From NCBI GenBank assembly GCA_905203475.1, contig CAJKWD010000001.1:15599-79598 (forward strand): a stretch of 64,000 bases of DNA. The letters run 5' to 3'. This stretch comes from an uncultured Acholeplasmataceae bacterium (GTDB taxonomy: Bacteria; Bacillota_I; Bacilli_A; RF39; UBA660). The position numbers and the translations under genes are program-made. This document shows positions 60,636-64,000 of the stretch, piece by piece. The notes under the pieces were generated by a model. That model searched no databases and was not told the DNA's origin. It was given only the letters and a program-made list of their open reading frames with translations. Each line of letters starts with the position of its first letter. Positions within the stretch are counted from its first letter, which is position 1.

Positions 60636-61417
60636 TGTGAAGTTACCTCAACAAGTCCTTTCGCCGGAATATCTACCTTATAAGAGCGTTTTAAAATATC
60701 AATTTCTTTCACTACTCCTGTGCCGTATTCTGTTTTAACAGTTTGACCTACTTTTGGTAAATCTTTACGACACTCTTTATAGCATTCATTTTCATAATTT
60801 AAACAACATAATAATCTTCCACACAATCCATTGATTTTAGATGGATTTAATGAAATATTTTGATTTTTTGCCATATTAATTGAAACAGATTCGAACTCTG
60901 TTAAAAACGTAGAACAACATAATCCTCGTCCACACATTCCAATTCCACCAATTTCTTTCGCCTTATCTCTAACACCAACTTGACGCAATTCAATTCTCGT
61001 ATGATAAATAGATGCTAATTCTTTAGCAAGAGCTCTAAAATCAACGCGACTATCAGAAAGAAAATAAAAGAATAATTGATCACGGTCAAATGTAAATACT
61101 GCATCTAAAATTCTCATATTTAACTCATACTTTTGTGCTAATTCACGACATTTCTTTAAAGCAAATTTGGCTTCTGTTTCATTTTTTTCATGACGACGAG
61201 CGTCTTTTCGAGAAGCAATACGTACAATATCTGTTATAGGCACTTGAATCTGCTCATCAGGAATTTCTAGAATATCTGATACAGTTGTTCCAAATTGTAA
61301 TCCTTTCTCCGTTTCTACAATTACAGAAGTATTACGTTTTAAAGGCAAACCATGAGTTGCAAAATAGTGTGGTAATCCATTCTTTTTTAACACTACTTTA
61401 ATTATTTTCATACACAC
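60632..61417 (-). CDS. ricT: PSP1-domain protein YaaT/RicT
   Basis: GMCGRGLCCSTFL...LCGRLLCCLNYE. Confidence 0.8.
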   Translation of the reverse strand: MCMKIIKVVLKKNGLPHYFATHGLPLKRNTSVIVETEKGLQFGTTVSDILEIPDEQIQVPITDIVRIASRKDARRHEKNETEAKFALKKCRELAQKYELNMRILDAVFTFDRDQLFFYFLSDSRVDFRALAKELASIYHTRIELRQVGVRDKAKEIGGIGMCGRGLCCSTFLTEFESVSINMAKNQNISLNPSKINGLCGRLLCCLNYENECYKECRKDLPKVGQTVKTEYGTGVVKEIDILKRSYKVDIPAKGLVEVTSQ

Positions 61418-62385
61418 ACCTCCTGAAATGATAAAATTAATTGATCAATTAACAAATTATTATTTGCATTGACACGTAAGTGATTTTTTAATTCAATTAA
61501 CATTTCTATTTTTTTACATATTTGTTTCATAGTATTTTTTTCTACCAGCTGTTTTAAAATTTCTATGTAGTCATCCATAAATTCAATTGGTAATCCAACT
61601 TTTTGATTAATCATATCTTTATAAAATAGCAACATAATTTCTAATCCAAAATCATTTTGTTCTTTGTCTCGAAATATGCTTGTCCAAAGTTTATTTTCTT
61701 TTAAAATTGCTTCCGTACCGTTAATTTCTAATTCTCGAATAAACTGAACAACATGATTAATTTGGTCTTTTTTGTCATCACTGTTAACAAAGTTTTGGTA
61801 GTCATCTCCCGTCTTTGATAAAAAGAAACCAATCTTTTCTAATGTAGTAACTGAAGATGAATTTTTTCTATCACTTTGTTTTATCTTAGCTAGAGAAATT
61901 ACCTGACATCTTGAAATAATCGTATCTAACAATTGGTACATATTATCGGTAATTAAAATAGCAATAATTCCAGGTTCTGGTTCTTCCAAAAATTTTAAAA
62001 TAGAATTTGCGGCAGATGCATTCATTTTTTCTGCATCATTGATTATATATATTTTATTTTTTGATTCGATTGCTTTAGTCGAAAACTGTTTTTGTAATTC
62101 TTCTAACTGTTCTTTTTTTATCCAAGAACCATCTGGAGAAATAATTTTTAATTCTGTAAAATTACCATCGTCAATTCTTTGACATTGAGAACATAAACCA
62201 CATTTTTCGCTATTAGAATAATGATGTGGACATAGAATAAATTTTGCTAGAGCAATTGCAAATTCTAATTTCCTTGGATAATGATTCGCATCAATTAAAT
62301 AGGCATGAGAAAATTTTTGCTTTTTTCCAGCATTTTGAAGCATTTGATATACTACTTTTTGACTACTCTGAAATTCATCAAGCAT
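61408..62385 (-). CDS. holB: DNA polymerase III delta-prime subunit
   Basis: 325 aa. FSHAYLI, and a zinc-module Cys cluster. Confidence 0.8.
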   Translation of the reverse strand: MLDEFQSSQKVVYQMLQNAGKKQKFSHAYLIDANHYPRKLEFAIALAKFILCPHHYSNSEKCGLCSQCQRIDDGNFTELKIISPDGSWIKKEQLEELQKQFSTKAIESKNKIYIINDAEKMNASAANSILKFLEEPEPGIIAILITDNMYQLLDTIISRCQVISLAKIKQSDRKNSSSVTTLEKIGFFLSKTGDDYQNFVNSDDKKDQINHVVQFIRELEINGTEAILKENKLWTSIFRDKEQNDFGLEIMLLFYKDMINQKVGLPIEFMDDYIEILKQLVEKNTMKQICKKIEMLIELKNHLRVNANNNLLIDQLILSFQEVCV

Positions 62386-62395
62386 ATTTTACCTC

Positions 62396-62599
62396 CTAGT
62401 ATATAAACAGTAATATTACTAAAAACGATAATAAAGCAGGAAACCCTAATACTGTAATTCCTACTACTGTAATCATATTAATTGGAATCATAATCTCCAA
62501 GGGAGACATCACTAAATTAAAACTATATAGCAAAAAAACACTAATTATAATACGCTTTAAGATTTCATAAATTCTTTTTAAAATGAACATAAACATCAC
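62396..62599 (-). CDS. Small hydrophobic protein of 67 aa with two TM helices
   Basis: Open frame only, with no motif. Confidence 0.35.
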   Translation of the reverse strand: MMFMFILKRIYEILKRIIISVFLLYSFNLVMSPLEIMIPINMITVVGITVLGFPALLSFLVILLFIY

Positions 62600-62626
62600 C
62601 TAAAAAAAACTTATGAAACGATCTAT

Positions 62627-63229
62627 TTAATTATGTATTTGTTGTCTGTTTTCTAGTGAAACTTCTAATGTAGATGCATCAATATACCCCATATCAGCAC
62701 CTAAAGGAATTCCATAAGCTATCTTACTTACCTTGACATTTTTATCTTCTAACTTTTTGGCAATATACATTGCTGTAGTTTCTCCCTCTACACAAGCTTT
62801 TACAGCAATGATTACCTCTTTAATATCTTCTTTTTCAACACGTTCTAGTAAGGATGCAATATTAATATTTTCAGGGCGAATTCCTTCTAATGGAGAAATT
62901 AAACCATCTAGGACATGGTAAGTTCCAAGATATGTGCCTGCTTTTTCGAACGAAAAAACATTCTTTGGTTCTTCCACAACACAAATTGTAGAATGATCAC
63001 GGGTTGTATCTTTACATATATCGCAGATTTCTTCTTCAGAAAGATTATGACATATTTTACAGCGAACAATTTTCTGTTTCAGATGTTTTAAATGATCAGC
63101 AAAATCGCTTAATGCTTCATCATCCATATCTAACAAAGATAATACATATCTTTCTGCAGTTTTTTCTCCTACTCCAGGAATTTTTTTAAAACAATCAATT
63201 AAATTTTGAATAATTTTTGGATAATTCAT
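62627..63229 (-). CDS. recR: Recombination protein RecR
   Basis: GVGEKTAERYV HhH, a C4 zinc finger, and a Toprim domain. Confidence 0.9.
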   Translation of the reverse strand: MNYPKIIQNLIDCFKKIPGVGEKTAERYVLSLLDMDDEALSDFADHLKHLKQKIVRCKICHNLSEEEICDICKDTTRDHSTICVVEEPKNVFSFEKAGTYLGTYHVLDGLISPLEGIRPENINIASLLERVEKEDIKEVIIAVKACVEGETTAMYIAKKLEDKNVKVSKIAYGIPLGADMGYIDASTLEVSLENRQQIHN

Positions 63230-63232
63230 ATT

Positions 63233-63529
63233 TTAAAATAACCCTGGCATTCCTTGTGTGTATTTCCCCATTTTATTTTCTATTTCTTGATCTACTTGTT
63301 TCATTGCATCATTCACTGCAATCATAATCATATCTTCTAACATTTCAATATCGTCACCATCAAATTGATTACTATCGATTGTTACTTTTGTTATTTCTTT
63401 CTTACCATTAGCCGTAACAGTTACAATTGATGATTTACCTGTAAATTCCATTTCATCAATTTTACTTTTTGTTTCTGTCATTTCCTTTTGTAATTTTTGT
63501 GCTTGTTTCATCATTGCTTGTATATTCAT
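63233..63529 (-). CDS. ybaB: Nucleoid-associated protein YbaB/EbfC
   Basis: MNIQAMMKQAQKLQKEM. Confidence 0.9.
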   Translation of the reverse strand: MNIQAMMKQAQKLQKEMTETKSKIDEMEFTGKSSIVTVTANGKKEITKVTIDSNQFDGDDIEMLEDMIMIAVNDAMKQVDQEIENKMGKYTQGMPGLF

Positions 63530-63543
63530 CTTATCCCTCTTTC

Positions 63544-64000
63544 TTAATTATATTCTACAATATTTCCAAACAATTGTTCCATTTCTGATTTTGACTCCAG
63601 ATCATTTTCAGAATTGGAATTAAAAAAATTAGTATCTTCCTCTTTTTCTTGTTGATATTCAAATTTTCTAGTTTTATGGTTAAAATCATTCTTTATTGGT
63701 TCCCATTCTTGAGAACTTAGAGAAATGATTTTATATGGTTGATGATAAACTTCTGAAATAACTTGTTCAATTTGTCTAAGATTTTGATTAAACAAATCAC
63801 TCATTTTTAAATCATCAAATACAACTATTAAATATTCATCACTAGCAGCCTTAAGTATTCCATCCATTAACAAAGATACAATATGACTAAATTCTGGATC
63901 TAATAAATAAGTTCTCATTTCATCTTCAATTGTATTTCTAAAATGAAGTAATTGTTTTTTATTAAATTTGGATAAAGTATTATTCACACGAATCATTTTT
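63544..64000 (-). CDS. dnaX: Probable 3' portion of dnaX (DNA polymerase III tau/gamma), running off the window end
   Basis: Acidic C-terminal region lying upstream of ybaB-recR, as in the conserved dnaX-ybaB-recR order. No diagnostic motif is present in this part. Confidence 0.4.
   Translation of the reverse strand, partial: KMIRVNNTLSKFNKKQLLHFRNTIEDEMRTYLLDPEFSHIVSLLMDGILKAASDEYLIVVFDDLKMSDLFNQNLRQIEQVISEVYHQPYKIISLSSQEWEPIKNDFNHKTRKFEYQQEKEEDTNFFNSNSENDLESKSEMEQLFGNIVEYN

Noticed and set aside
1-64000. Looked for CRISPR arrays, tRNA or rRNA genes, IS elements, transposases and integrases
   Set aside because: I found no spaced direct-repeat array, no tRNA-like cloverleaf regions in intergenic DNA, and no transposase- or integrase-like ORFs. 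Every intergenic region longer than 100 nt is accounted for by promoters, leaders or terminators.

Overview
This 64 kb window is an AT-rich, Bacillota-type chromosomal segment, coded almost entirely on the minus strand. Its gene order mirrors the origin-proximal region of Bacillus-like genomes. Reading from high to low coordinate, the order is: the dnaX 3' end, ybaB, recR, holB, yaaT/ricT, a yabB-like methyltransferase, rsmI, pth, mfd, spoVT, a Met-type T-box leader with dut and metG, tatD, a yabE-like 3D-domain protein, rsmA/ksgA, a membrane-anchored GNAT gene, ung, tilS, ftsH, parA-parB, mscS, a DUF951 gene, abgT, ychF, rpsF-ssb-rpsR, the complete S10-spc-alpha ribosomal super-operon running from rpsJ to rplQ (rpmJ is present, no rpmD/L30 gene), the ecfA1-ecfA2-ecfT-truA-rplM-rpsI block, a divergent tgt gene on the plus strand, a five-gene operon of an AbiEi-like wHTH protein, two unknown proteins, a SAM-dependent methyltransferase and an RluA pseudouridine synthase, an XRE-HTH polytopic membrane protein, and a glycosyltransferase/O-antigen-ligase-like surface-glycan operon. 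The most interesting non-housekeeping content is threefold. The first is the translationally coupled AbiEi-like + 268-aa + 122-aa gene triplet, which has no recognisable AbiEii toxin. The second is three self-contained accessory transcription units inserted between rplQ and ecfA1. The third is a lysine-rich, poly-A-tract-laden membrane-protein gene transcribed divergently from the S10 promoter. All calls are from manual reading of the ORF translations and DNA; no database searches were possible.
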